Shown here piece after piece: positions 8,899 to 17,154 of a DNA stretch of 64,000 nt (positions are counted from its first letter, which is position 1; each line of letters begins with the position of its first letter). A model generated the notes under the pieces. That model did not search any database. It worked only from the letters and a program-made list of their open reading frames with translations, and had not been told where the DNA came from. This stretch comes from an uncultured Caulobacterales bacterium (GTDB lineage Bacteria > Pseudomonadota > Alphaproteobacteria > Caulobacterales > Parvularculaceae), in the NCBI GenBank assembly GCA_964342855.1, contig CAYFIB010000013.1:1352-65351 (forward strand), written 5' to 3'. The position numbers were made by a program, and so were the translations under genes.

Positions 8899-9903
8899 TC
8901 AGGCCGGGTCCGCCCCGCCGGAGGCCGGCGCCGCCTCGGCCGGTTTGGCGCCGCCGAAGCCCGGCACGAAATCGCGCGCTTTCGCTGTCAGCTCGCGGAA
9001 TTTATCGGACGCGCCTTCAAGGCGCTGCTCCCATTCCGGATCCGGCTGCTGGTCCGCCGTTTTCTTGAAGAAGACCTGCATCAGCGAGAACATGGCGATG
9101 GGCTCTATCAGCGCCGCCTTGGTCGACCAGGCGAGCACGAAGGCGATGACGAACGACCAGAAGCCGATATCGCCCGGAATCAGCGCCATGATCGCGAACG
9201 TCGGCGCGAGCATGACGACGAAGATGAGAAGCGTCAGCCCCCACATCATCAGGGAGAGCCAGACCGCGTTCTTCACGAAGCTCTTGTAATTCTGTCCGTA
9301 GAGGACAAGCGCCTCGCGCGCTGAGGCCCAGGTGTTGTCCGAGTTCGTACGTAGGGCGTGGGCGAGAATAATCTCGTCGACATATTCCAGCGACATGCGG
9401 ATGACCGCGCTCACCATCTTCATGATGTTCTGCAGCCCCGGGATCGGCAGGATGAACGCAACGCCGCCAAGAATGCGCGTGATCGCTTTCAGAACGCCCT
9501 TCACCAGTTGATCGACCGCGAAGAGAAGCGAGGCGTCGGCGAACTTCGCCTGCACGATATCCTTCGCATACGTCACCTGCCCTTTTCCTTCCGGCAGCGG
9601 CTCCTGATCATAGAGCTTCACCAGTACGGCGATGTGTCCGGCCTTTACGACGTAGAGGATGTATTCGCGCAGGAAATAGAGAACGCCCGAGGCGCCGGCG
9701 AAGCCGAAAAGCGCGCCATAGAAGGCGCCGCCGCCCTCCCCTTCGCCGAAGGAGGTGAAGCCGTAACCGATGGCGCCGCCCCCGCCGGTCGCAAGAATAT
9801 AGAGAATGGCGATGCCGAAATAGACGGCGATCCGCGTCAGAATGAACGGCGTCGTCTTCACCATCGCCGCAATCGACTGCGACAGACTGAAATCCCAACC
9901 CAT
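8899..9903 (-). CDS. Multi-pass membrane protein of unknown function
   Basis: 334 aa. Several hydrophobic helices, a Gly-rich loop (TGGGGAIGYGFTSFGEGEGGGAFYG), and a soluble Pro/Ala/Gly-rich tail. I recognise no family. Confidence 0.5.
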   Translation of the reverse strand: MGWDFSLSQSIAAMVKTTPFILTRIAVYFGIAILYILATGGGGAIGYGFTSFGEGEGGGAFYGALFGFAGASGVLYFLREYILYVVKAGHIAVLVKLYDQEPLPEGKGQVTYAKDIVQAKFADASLLFAVDQLVKGVLKAITRILGGVAFILPIPGLQNIMKMVSAVIRMSLEYVDEIILAHALRTNSDNTWASAREALVLYGQNYKSFVKNAVWLSLMMWGLTLLIFVVMLAPTFAIMALIPGDIGFWSFVIAFVLAWSTKAALIEPIAMFSLMQVFFKKTADQQPDPEWEQRLEGASDKFRELTAKARDFVPGFGGAKPAEAAPASGGADPA

Positions 9904-10027
9904 TGTTCCGGCCTCCTCTCAGAACGATTCCAGCACCGTAAAACGAAACGGTGGGACGAAGCCACCGCAGACGGAGATATCGTTCATATGCGCGCGACGC
10001 CTTGACCTCTTCTCTTGCGAACGGTCG

Positions 10028-10939
10028 CTAACGCGCTCTGTGCTCCGCCATCAGTCTTGCGAGTTCCTCCGCGAGCATGTCGTAAACCAAACGTATACGC
10101 CGACTGGTGTGCAGCTCCCGGTGCGTGACGAGCCAGACCGGCACCGGCACCGGCGGAAACTCCGGGTAAACAAGCTCCAGCTCCGGATAGAGATCCGCCA
10201 TGTCTTCCGTCAGGAACGTCAATCCGACGCCCGCCCGGGCGAGCGCGATCAACATGGTGCCGCTCGCCGTCATGGCGGCGATCTGCTCTTCCCCGGTCGA
10301 CAGCCCGAGGCTTTCGAAAAGATTGAGCACGCGATCAGGAGCGTCGAACGCCAGCGTCGGCATCGCGGATACTTCCTGTACGGATTTCGGCCTGCCGTGA
10401 GTGTCCAGAAAATCTTTCGAGGCGTACATCCGGGCCGTGGTTTCGCCGATCAGCTTGCCGATGAGATTGGGCTGTTCCGGCCTCGCATGCCGGATGGAGA
10501 TGTCGGCCTCCCGCTTCGTCAGATCCTGCACGGCGTTCGAAGTGATGACGTTCACGCGAACGCCGGGCGCCTCCTTCTGAAGACGCAGAAGCACCGCAGG
10601 CAGATAAAGCGTCGCAAAAACGTTGGTGGCCGTGACGCTGACCCAGCCGGTCACCGCTTCGGAGCGCCCCGTCGCCGCGAACGAGACGCGCGACGCCGCC
10701 TCCCCCATGGCCCGAACGTGCTCCAGCACCTCGCGCCCCGCTTCAGTGAGATACAGCGATTTCGCTCCGCGCTCGAACAGAACGACGCCCAGCGCGTCTT
10801 CAAGGCCGGCTACCTGACGGCTGACAGTCGGCTGGGTCAGCTTCAGGGCGCGCGCCGCGGCGGACAGCGAGCCTTCCTCCGCTGACGCCAGGAACGCGCG
10901 GACCTGATTCCAGTCAAAAGAGATCGTGTCCCATTTCAT
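10028..10939 (-). CDS. LysR-family transcriptional regulator
   Basis: ATG at 10939: MKWDTISFDWNQVRAFLASAEEGSLSAAARALKLTQPTVSRQVAGLE. Confidence 0.85.
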   Translation of the reverse strand: MKWDTISFDWNQVRAFLASAEEGSLSAAARALKLTQPTVSRQVAGLEDALGVVLFERGAKSLYLTEAGREVLEHVRAMGEAASRVSFAATGRSEAVTGWVSVTATNVFATLYLPAVLLRLQKEAPGVRVNVITSNAVQDLTKREADISIRHARPEQPNLIGKLIGETTARMYASKDFLDTHGRPKSVQEVSAMPTLAFDAPDRVLNLFESLGLSTGEEQIAAMTASGTMLIALARAGVGLTFLTEDMADLYPELELVYPEFPPVPVPVWLVTHRELHTSRRIRLVYDMLAEELARLMAEHRAR

Positions 10940-10967
10940 GCATATTCGCATACCTGATCCAGATTTT

Positions 10968-10986
10968 TTCGCAATTTCTATCCGAA
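10968..10986. promoter_or_regulatory. Candidate LysR T-N11-A box (TTCG-N11-CGAA) in the divergent intergenic region
   Basis: TTCGcaatttctatcCGAA lies between the LysR gene and the methyltransferase genes. If real, the methyltransferase start is more likely ATG 11038 than 10987. Confidence 0.25.
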
Positions 10987-11811
10987 ATGCGTATGGGCGA
11001 ATATCCCGGCGTCGCCTGTAGGGAACGCCACGTTCGAATGACGAGCCACGATGTCTCCGAATCCATTCCGATGCTGTCCGGATCGATCGGCTCGTGGCGG
11101 CTGTCGCTCAGCCGGACGCCGCGCGCTGCGTTCGATCTCGGCCGTCAGTACGATGCGAAAGCGAAGCGCTGGTCTTCCAGGCTGGAGCGGATGGGCGTTC
11201 ACGCCGCATATCGCGAATGCTGGCGTGCACTGCTGGACGAGCAGCTGAACCTCCCGCTCGGGCGCGCGATACGCGTTCTTGACTGCGGCGTCGGCGACGG
11301 CGCCTTCTCGCGAGCGTTTTGCACGGTCTGGTCAGGCGGCCTTGATCTTCATGGCGTCGACGTCTCCGAGGTGATGTTGACCGAGGCTCGATCGCGCTTG
11401 GAAGCCGTCGGCGTTCACGCGACGCTCTGGCGCTCGGATGCGTGCGACCTTCCCTTTGAAGACGGGTTCTTCGATCTCGTCTTCTCCGCACACATGCTGG
11501 AACACCTCCCATCTCCCCAGCGGGCGCTGTCGGAAATGCGACGCGTGCTCGCGCCCGGCGGCGCGGCGGTCGCGGTCGTGACGCGCCGCTCTGCGCCGGG
11601 CCGGCTTGTGCAGGTTAGATGGCGCACGCACGTATTCGACCCGCGTCAGGCCGGCAGGCTGATGGCGGAGAGCGGCTTCGATTCGCTCGGGTGTCTCCCG
11701 CCGACCGGTCGCTCCATCTTCGACAGTCTGAGCCTCACCTGCTACGGGCGAAAACCGCCCTATCAGCGTGCAGGTCTCCCGCAGCCTGAAACGAAAGAAG
11801 ACCATACATGA
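10987..11811 (+). CDS. Class I SAM-dependent methyltransferase
   Basis: SAM motif I VLDCGVGDGAFS. Later blocks FDLVFSAHMLEHL and VLAPGG. The start is uncertain (10987, 11038 or 11071). Confidence 0.7.
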   Translation: MRMGEYPGVACRERHVRMTSHDVSESIPMLSGSIGSWRLSLSRTPRAAFDLGRQYDAKAKRWSSRLERMGVHAAYRECWRALLDEQLNLPLGRAIRVLDCGVGDGAFSRAFCTVWSGGLDLHGVDVSEVMLTEARSRLEAVGVHATLWRSDACDLPFEDGFFDLVFSAHMLEHLPSPQRALSEMRRVLAPGGAAVAVVTRRSAPGRLVQVRWRTHVFDPRQAGRLMAESGFDSLGCLPPTGRSIFDSLSLTCYGRKPPYQRAGLPQPETKEDHT

Positions 11812-12431
11812 AGAACGAGGAGACTTTCTGGGACAGGCTGGCCGACAAATACTTCAAGGAGCCGATCAAGGATCAGGACGCGTATGAAAAGAAGCTGCGC
11901 CTGACGCAGGCGCTTTTCACGCCCGATACGGATGTATTCGAGTTCGCCTGCGGCACCGGCGGAACGGCCCTGCGCCACGCACCTTATGTAAGAAGCGTTC
12001 ACGCCACGGATTTTTCAAGCGAGATGATCCGGATCGCCCGCGCTCAGGCCGACAGCCTCGGCGTGTCGAACGTAACCTTCGAGCAAGCCGACATCACGCG
12101 GCATGACGCGGGGCGCGAGCGCTATGACGTCGTCCTTGGCATGAGCATCCTGCACCTGTTGCGCGAGCCCGAGCGCGTCGCCTCCCGGGTGCATGACTGG
12201 CTGAAACCGGGCGGTTCTTTCGTCTCCAGCACTGTCTGTCTGGGCGACAGCATGGCGTGGATCCGCTTTATCGCGCCGATCGGCCGGGCTCTGGGGAAAA
12301 TGCCGTACGTCAATGTCTTCAAGGCCGCGGAGCTCCGATCGTTCCTGCTGCGCGCGGGGTTCGAGATCGAGACGGAGTGGCGGCCCGAGAAGAGCCCGGC
12401 CGTCTTCATCATCGCCCGAAAGCCCGGCTAG
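11808..12431 (+). CDS. Class I SAM-dependent methyltransferase (second, translationally coupled)
   Basis: ATGA overlap with the upstream gene. Motif I VFEFACGTGGTA, YDVVLGMSILHLL, LKPGGSF. Confidence 0.75.
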   Translation: MKNEETFWDRLADKYFKEPIKDQDAYEKKLRLTQALFTPDTDVFEFACGTGGTALRHAPYVRSVHATDFSSEMIRIARAQADSLGVSNVTFEQADITRHDAGRERYDVVLGMSILHLLREPERVASRVHDWLKPGGSFVSSTVCLGDSMAWIRFIAPIGRALGKMPYVNVFKAAELRSFLLRAGFEIETEWRPEKSPAVFIIARKPG

Positions 12432-13915
12432 GGTCGCTCCTCCGCCGCCGTCGCCTCGACCGGCGCGGACGCCGTCTCGCCGCCCGCCGGAAGCCCCGAG
12501 CGGATGTGCAGATCGCGCTGCGGGAACGGGATTTCGATGCCTTCCGCTGCGAAGCCGTCCCAGATTTTCATGAGGACTTCGGAGCGGACATTGGCGATGC
12601 CGCGCTGGGGGTCGTTGATCCAGAAGCGCAGGTCGAAGTCGACGCTGGAGTCGCCGAAGCCCATCAGATTGCAGACGGGTTCGGGGCGCGCGAGCACGCG
12701 GTCGGTCGACTTCGCCGCCTCGCGGCAAATCTCCTGCACGCGGCGGAGGTCCTTCGTTCCGTAGGCGACGCCGACCGGCGCGTGGATGCGCACGTCCCGG
12801 TCCGCATGCGACCAGTTGACGACGCCCTCCTCCATGAAGGTCGCGTTCGGCACCAGATGCTCCGTGCCGTCGCGCGTTCGGATGGAGACGTAGCGGGCCT
12901 TCATGTCGGTGATCCAGCCGAAGGTCTCGCCCACGGCGACGACGTCTCCGGGCTTGATCGAACGGTCCGCCAGAAGCGTGAACCCGGCGAGGAAGTTCGA
13001 GATGATCTTCTGCAGGCCGAGACCGATGCCGAGACCGACGGCGCCGGAGAAAATGGCGAGGCTCGCGAGATTGAAGCCGATGATCTGCAGGGCGAAGAGA
13101 AGCGCGACGACCGGCAGCGCGAAGTTCAGCACCTTCGCGATCAGCGCCTTGAAGGACGGGTTCAGCTCCTCGACCCTGTCGACCCGGTTGACGATCAGCC
13201 CCGAGACGAGCCCCGCGAGCTGCATGAAGACGGCGAATACGATCCCTGCCCGCACGACATCAAGCAGGGTGAGCCGCACCGCGTCGCGATCGTCCGTCGG
13301 CGGCGAGAGCTGGACGGAGATCGTCTCCAGCCAGGTGATCACCTCGTCCAGCAGATGGAACGCGTCGAGCGCCGCGATCGGCCAGGCGATGTAGAAAGCG
13401 ACCTTCGACCAGAACGGCGAGCGGATGGCGAGCGTGACGAGACGCACCACGATCCACGCCGTCAGCAGGCTGAGCGCCGCGGAGACGAACCCGCGATTCG
13501 CGCCGGCGCTGATGAACCCCGCCTCAGCGCCCGTCAGGATGACCCACGCGGCGATGGGCGTCGCGAGCGTCGCCGCGGCGTCCGCGAGACGGCGGAGGAT
13601 GCCAGCGGGCGCCCGCTGGCGCAGATGCCGGGCGATGAAGTTCTTCAGGCGCGGGCCGAACAGCACCGCCGGGATGATCGCGCCGAAAACGACGGAGATC
13701 TGGATCGCGGAGTTGATCGTAAGAAGCTCGGTGCGCGTCCAGTCGATCCCGGCCTGAAGCCAGCGGTTGAGGCGTTCGGCGTTCAGGAGATCCGTCTCGA
13801 CGAGGTCGGCGATGGCGGAGCGGTCGCCGTCTGTCGGCGGAGCGGCCGGCTCCGCCGCGGGCGCCTCAGGCGGCGTTTCCTGCGGGGCGTCCTGACGCCA
13901 GAGGGTCTCGATCAT
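12428..13915 (-). CDS. MscS-family mechanosensitive channel
   Basis: ORF 12428..14035, with ATG at 13915 (MIETLW). MscS core: GLGLQKIISNFLAGFTLLADRSIKPGDVVAVGETFGWITDMKARYVSIRTRDGTEHLVPN. Confidence 0.85.
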   Translation of the reverse strand: MIETLWRQDAPQETPPEAPAAEPAAPPTDGDRSAIADLVETDLLNAERLNRWLQAGIDWTRTELLTINSAIQISVVFGAIIPAVLFGPRLKNFIARHLRQRAPAGILRRLADAAATLATPIAAWVILTGAEAGFISAGANRGFVSAALSLLTAWIVVRLVTLAIRSPFWSKVAFYIAWPIAALDAFHLLDEVITWLETISVQLSPPTDDRDAVRLTLLDVVRAGIVFAVFMQLAGLVSGLIVNRVDRVEELNPSFKALIAKVLNFALPVVALLFALQIIGFNLASLAIFSGAVGLGIGLGLQKIISNFLAGFTLLADRSIKPGDVVAVGETFGWITDMKARYVSIRTRDGTEHLVPNATFMEEGVVNWSHADRDVRIHAPVGVAYGTKDLRRVQEICREAAKSTDRVLARPEPVCNLMGFGDSSVDFDLRFWINDPQRGIANVRSEVLMKIWDGFAAEGIEIPFPQRDLHIRSGLPAGGETASAPVEATAAEERP

Positions 13916-14039
13916 CTCCGCTCCTCGCCGCTGACGGGCGTTCTTCACCGATAGACCATCGAACCTAGAGCGAATCGCGGCGCCAGCGAGGCGGCGCCCT
14001 TCCGCTCGCGCCCGGCGCGCGCTATTCCTCCCCACCGCC

Positions 14040-14115
14040 GCCGGCTTAGCTCAGCTGGTAGAGCATCTGATTTGTAATCAGGTGGTCGGGGGTTCGAGTC
14101 CCTCAGCCGGCACCA
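14040..14115 (+). tRNA. tRNA-Thr (anticodon TGT), CCA encoded
   Basis: Hand-folded cloverleaf: acceptor GCCGGCT/AGCCGGC, D stem GCTC/GAGC, anticodon stem TCTGA/TCAGG with loop TT-TGT-AA, T arm GGGGG-TTCGAGT-CCCTC, ACCA tail. Confidence 0.9.
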
Positions 14116-14342
14116 TTTTCACCCGATTAATCTCTGACAGTAACAGTCTTAGAGAACCCGCTCAGGCCGCTGATGGATGTCTTCGCGCGGTCAGCTCTGC
14201 TTTTCGCGAACGCCGCCGCGAAATCCGCCTCAAATCATCACCTTAGATTTCCGGTGAAAATCTCCGTTTAAAATCTCTTTTGCAGAGCTTTAAAATTTAT
14301 GCCGTACGAACCGCTCTTCAGTTTGGGGAGTGCGCTAAGAAC

Positions 14343-16577
14343 ATGTTCTTGTTCAACAAAATCAAAAAATCGGAAGATGTAACCGAGGACGCCGGGTTCG
14401 CGTTTTGCGCGTTTGACAACGCCTCTCTCCCCATGATCATGACCGACCGGGAGATGAAGATCTTCCGGCTTAACGCCGCGGCGGCTGAATTAGCGCGTAA
14501 ACATGCCGACGCCTTCCGCGACGCTGATCGGGAATTCAACGCCGACGACCTGATCGGGCGCGATCTCGGCTTTCTGGCGGGCGATCTATCGCACGTGCGC
14601 GGCGCGCTCAGCGACCCGCATTCTCTGCCGATGACCATTGAAACGACGGTTGGTTCGTCTGTGTTCAAACTGGTCTTCAGGCCCGCCGTCATCGGCGGCG
14701 CAAGTGCTGGCGCGATCGTGGAATGGACCGACATTACCGGCGCCGGTCGAAACACGCCCGTCGTCGCCGCGCTGAACCGCTCGCAGGCCGTCATCGAATT
14801 CACGCCGGACGGCGTCATTCTGTCTGCAAACGATATTTTCCTCGCCGCTCTCGGCTATGCGCGCGATGACGTCATCGGCAAGCATCACAGCCTGTTCGTC
14901 GCCCCCCGCGAAACCGGCGCGCCGGCTTACAAAGAGTTCTGGGCGGCGCTCGGCCGCGGCGAGTTCCAGAGCGGCGAGTTTCGACGCGTCACCAAAACCG
15001 GCGAGGATCTCTGGATACAGGCGTCCTACAATCCCATCGTCGACAAGGACGGTCGGGTCACCAGCGTCATCAAGTTCGCCTCGGACATCACCGCGCAGAA
15101 GAAAAAATCCATCGACGACGACGGCAAGCTCGCCGCCGCCAGTCGCTCGCAGGCGATGATCGAGTTTGATCCGTCCGGCGTCATTCTCGATGCAAACGAA
15201 AATTTCCTGTCGGTGATGGGCTACAGCCTCGACGAGATCGTCGGCAAACACCACAGCATGTTCGCGGATCCGGCCGAAGCGGGAAGCGCGGAGTACCAGC
15301 AATTCTGGCAGAAGCTCAGGGCCGGCGAGTTCCAGATCGCCAAATACCGCCGCGTCGGAAAAGGCGGCAAAGAGATCTGGATCCGCGCCTCCTACAACCC
15401 GATCCTCGACGCCGACGGCAAGACGTACAAGGTCGTGAAGTTTGCGACCGACGTCACGCAAGACGAACTCAATGGACGCAAGCGGGCCCAGGAGCAGGAG
15501 ACTATCGTCACCAATCTCGCGATGGGGCTCAGCGCCCTCGCCGAGGGCCGTCTGACGGTGCGTATCGAGACGAAATTCGCGGACGAATACGACAAACTTC
15601 GCGAGAACTTCAATGACTCCGTCGCACGCCTCCAGGACGCGATGAACACCGTCGCTGAAACGGCGAACGGCATGGCGAACGGCGTTGATGAAATCGCCCG
15701 GTCTTCGGACGATCTTTCGAAGCGGACGGAGCATCAGGCTGCGACGCTGGAAGAGACCGCGGCGGCTCTCGACGAGATCACCGCCACCGTCAAACAGACG
15801 GCGGAAAGCGCCAGCGAGGCGAATTCGGTCGTCAGCGAGACGAACGCCGACGCGACGAAGAGCGGCGAAGTCGTGCGTGAGGCGGTCTCCGCCATGGGCG
15901 AAATCGAGAAGTCTTCCGATCAGATTTCGCAGATCATCGGCGTCATCGATGAAATTGCGTTCCAGACGAACCTTCTGGCGCTGAACGCGGGCGTCGAGGC
16001 CGCTCGCGCAGGCGACGCCGGGCGCGGCTTCGCGGTCGTCGCGCAGGAAGTCCGCGCGCTGGCGCAGCGGTCGTCGGAAGCGGCGAAAGAGATCAAGGGG
16101 CTTATCTCCGACAGCTCCGAACACGTCAAATCCGGGGTCGATCTGGTCGGGCGGACCGGCGAGGCGCTAACCGCCATCGTTGGTCGCGTGGACAGCATCA
16201 GCACGCTGGTACGCGAAATCGCCAAGTCCGCTCAGGAACAATCGACGAGCCTTGGCGAAGTGAACGGCGCCATGAACCAGATGGACGAAGTCACTCAGCA
16301 GAACGCCGCTATGGTGGAAGAAGCGACCGCCGCCGCGCAATCGCTCGGCGACGACGCCAGCACGTTGCGCAGTCTGCTTGGCCAGTTCGAGCTCTCGTCC
16401 CATCAGGCGCCGACAAGCGCCCGGGCCGTCCGCCCGGAGACGTCGGTCGCGCCTGCGAAGCAGCCGGAGGTGCGCCGTCAGCAATCGGCCGTTGAAAACT
16501 TCGCTGCTCAGCGTCCCGTCCGGCAAAGCGGCGGCGCGGCCGCGGCGGCGGTCGAAGACGACTGGAGCGAGTTTTAA
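14343..16577 (+). CDS. Soluble methyl-accepting chemotaxis protein with tandem PAS domains
   Basis: ORF 14280..16577, with ATG at 14343. No hydrophobic segments. Two clear PAS repeats ([26 protein letters not shown].. and [26 protein letters not shown]..) plus an N-terminal PAS-like region. MCP signalling hairpin [41 protein letters not shown]-terminal pentapeptide DWSEF. Confidence 0.85.
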   Translation: MFLFNKIKKSEDVTEDAGFAFCAFDNASLPMIMTDREMKIFRLNAAAAELARKHADAFRDADREFNADDLIGRDLGFLAGDLSHVRGALSDPHSLPMTIETTVGSSVFKLVFRPAVIGGASAGAIVEWTDITGAGRNTPVVAALNRSQAVIEFTPDGVILSANDIFLAALGYARDDVIGKHHSLFVAPRETGAPAYKEFWAALGRGEFQSGEFRRVTKTGEDLWIQASYNPIVDKDGRVTSVIKFASDITAQKKKSIDDDGKLAAASRSQAMIEFDPSGVILDANENFLSVMGYSLDEIVGKHHSMFADPAEAGSAEYQQFWQKLRAGEFQIAKYRRVGKGGKEIWIRASYNPILDADGKTYKVVKFATDVTQDELNGRKRAQEQETIVTNLAMGLSALAEGRLTVRIETKFADEYDKLRENFNDSVARLQDAMNTVAETANGMANGVDEIARSSDDLSKRTEHQAATLEETAAALDEITATVKQTAESASEANSVVSETNADATKSGEVVREAVSAMGEIEKSSDQISQIIGVIDEIAFQTNLLALNAGVEAARAGDAGRGFAVVAQEVRALAQRSSEAAKEIKGLISDSSEHVKSGVDLVGRTGEALTAIVGRVDSISTLVREIAKSAQEQSTSLGEVNGAMNQMDEVTQQNAAMVEEATAAAQSLGDDASTLRSLLGQFELSSHQAPTSARAVRPETSVAPAKQPEVRRQQSAVENFAAQRPVRQSGGAAAAAVEDDWSEF

Positions 16578-16615
16578 GGACCGGCGGGCCCGCCGCCTTC
16601 AAGGTCTGACGACAT

Positions 16616-16690
16616 CACCCGAACCGTCACCGACGCGGCGTCACCCGCCGCGTCGACGACGCTAACCTCGTAGAAGCCAGCCGCTGCGGG
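16616..16690 (-). pseudogene. Relic of the 3' end of a pbpC-like (PBP1C C-terminal domain) gene
   Basis: Own translation gives PAAAGFYEVSVVDAAGDAASVTVRVM. The intact PbpC C-terminus in this window (48772..) reads PAGVGFYEVSVVDREGNVASVNVRVF, so 17 of 26 residues are identical. An in-frame TAG lies immediately upstream (16696-16694). There is no start and no upstream domains. Confidence 0.5.
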
Positions 16691-16711
16691 GCGCTATTCC
16701 TCCCCACCGCC

Positions 16712-16787
16712 CCCGGCTGAGCTCAGCCGGTCGCGCATCAGATTTGTAGCCAGGTGGTCGGGGGTTCGGGTCCCTCAGCCGGCGCCA
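16712..16787 (+). pseudogene. Degenerate copy of tRNA-Thr(TGT)
   Basis: 66/76 identical to the tRNA at 14040..14115 and preceded by the same 21-nt flank (gcgctattcctccccaccgcc). The substitutions break pair 1-72, one D-stem pair and two anticodon-stem pairs, and change U8, A21 and A58. Confidence 0.65.
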
Positions 16788-17154
16788 CTGGTTTCAGATC
16801 TCAGTCTCCGCTCAGACCGCCAAAGTTAGATGACGTCGTCCCGTCGCGTTCCATTGGGCGTCATGCTTTTCTGCCCCCCAGGCGCTTTCGTTTGATCACC
16901 GAAGCATGGGCGTGGAGCTGGATCGCGCGACTTCCGTTCCAGCCGCAGTAAACGCACGGCCTTCATGTCGCTTATTCGCCACAATGGCGCTTGGCGCAGA
17001 TGTCGCATCTTTCGTTTTTCGAATCTTCTGTTAACGATGTCGGTGTGCAGCGCACATCCCGTGCGCGCCTCGCGACGCCGCGTGCCCACGCTGTGGCTGC
17101 TCGCACGGGCTTGAGATTTCGCCCGCACCGCAAAAAAACCGAGGGGACACGTAC

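Noticed and set aside
16788-17154. A possible riboswitch (cobalamin or TPP) in the 367-nt region upstream of the TonB-dependent receptor, plus the track ORFs 16754..16951 and 16826..17128.
   Set aside because: I could not find a B12-box (GCCACTG in the proper context; the only GCCACTG is the tail of the pseudo-tRNA) or the TPP CTGAGA/ACCTGA core. The ORFs have non-protein-like composition, and one of them starts inside the pseudo-tRNA.
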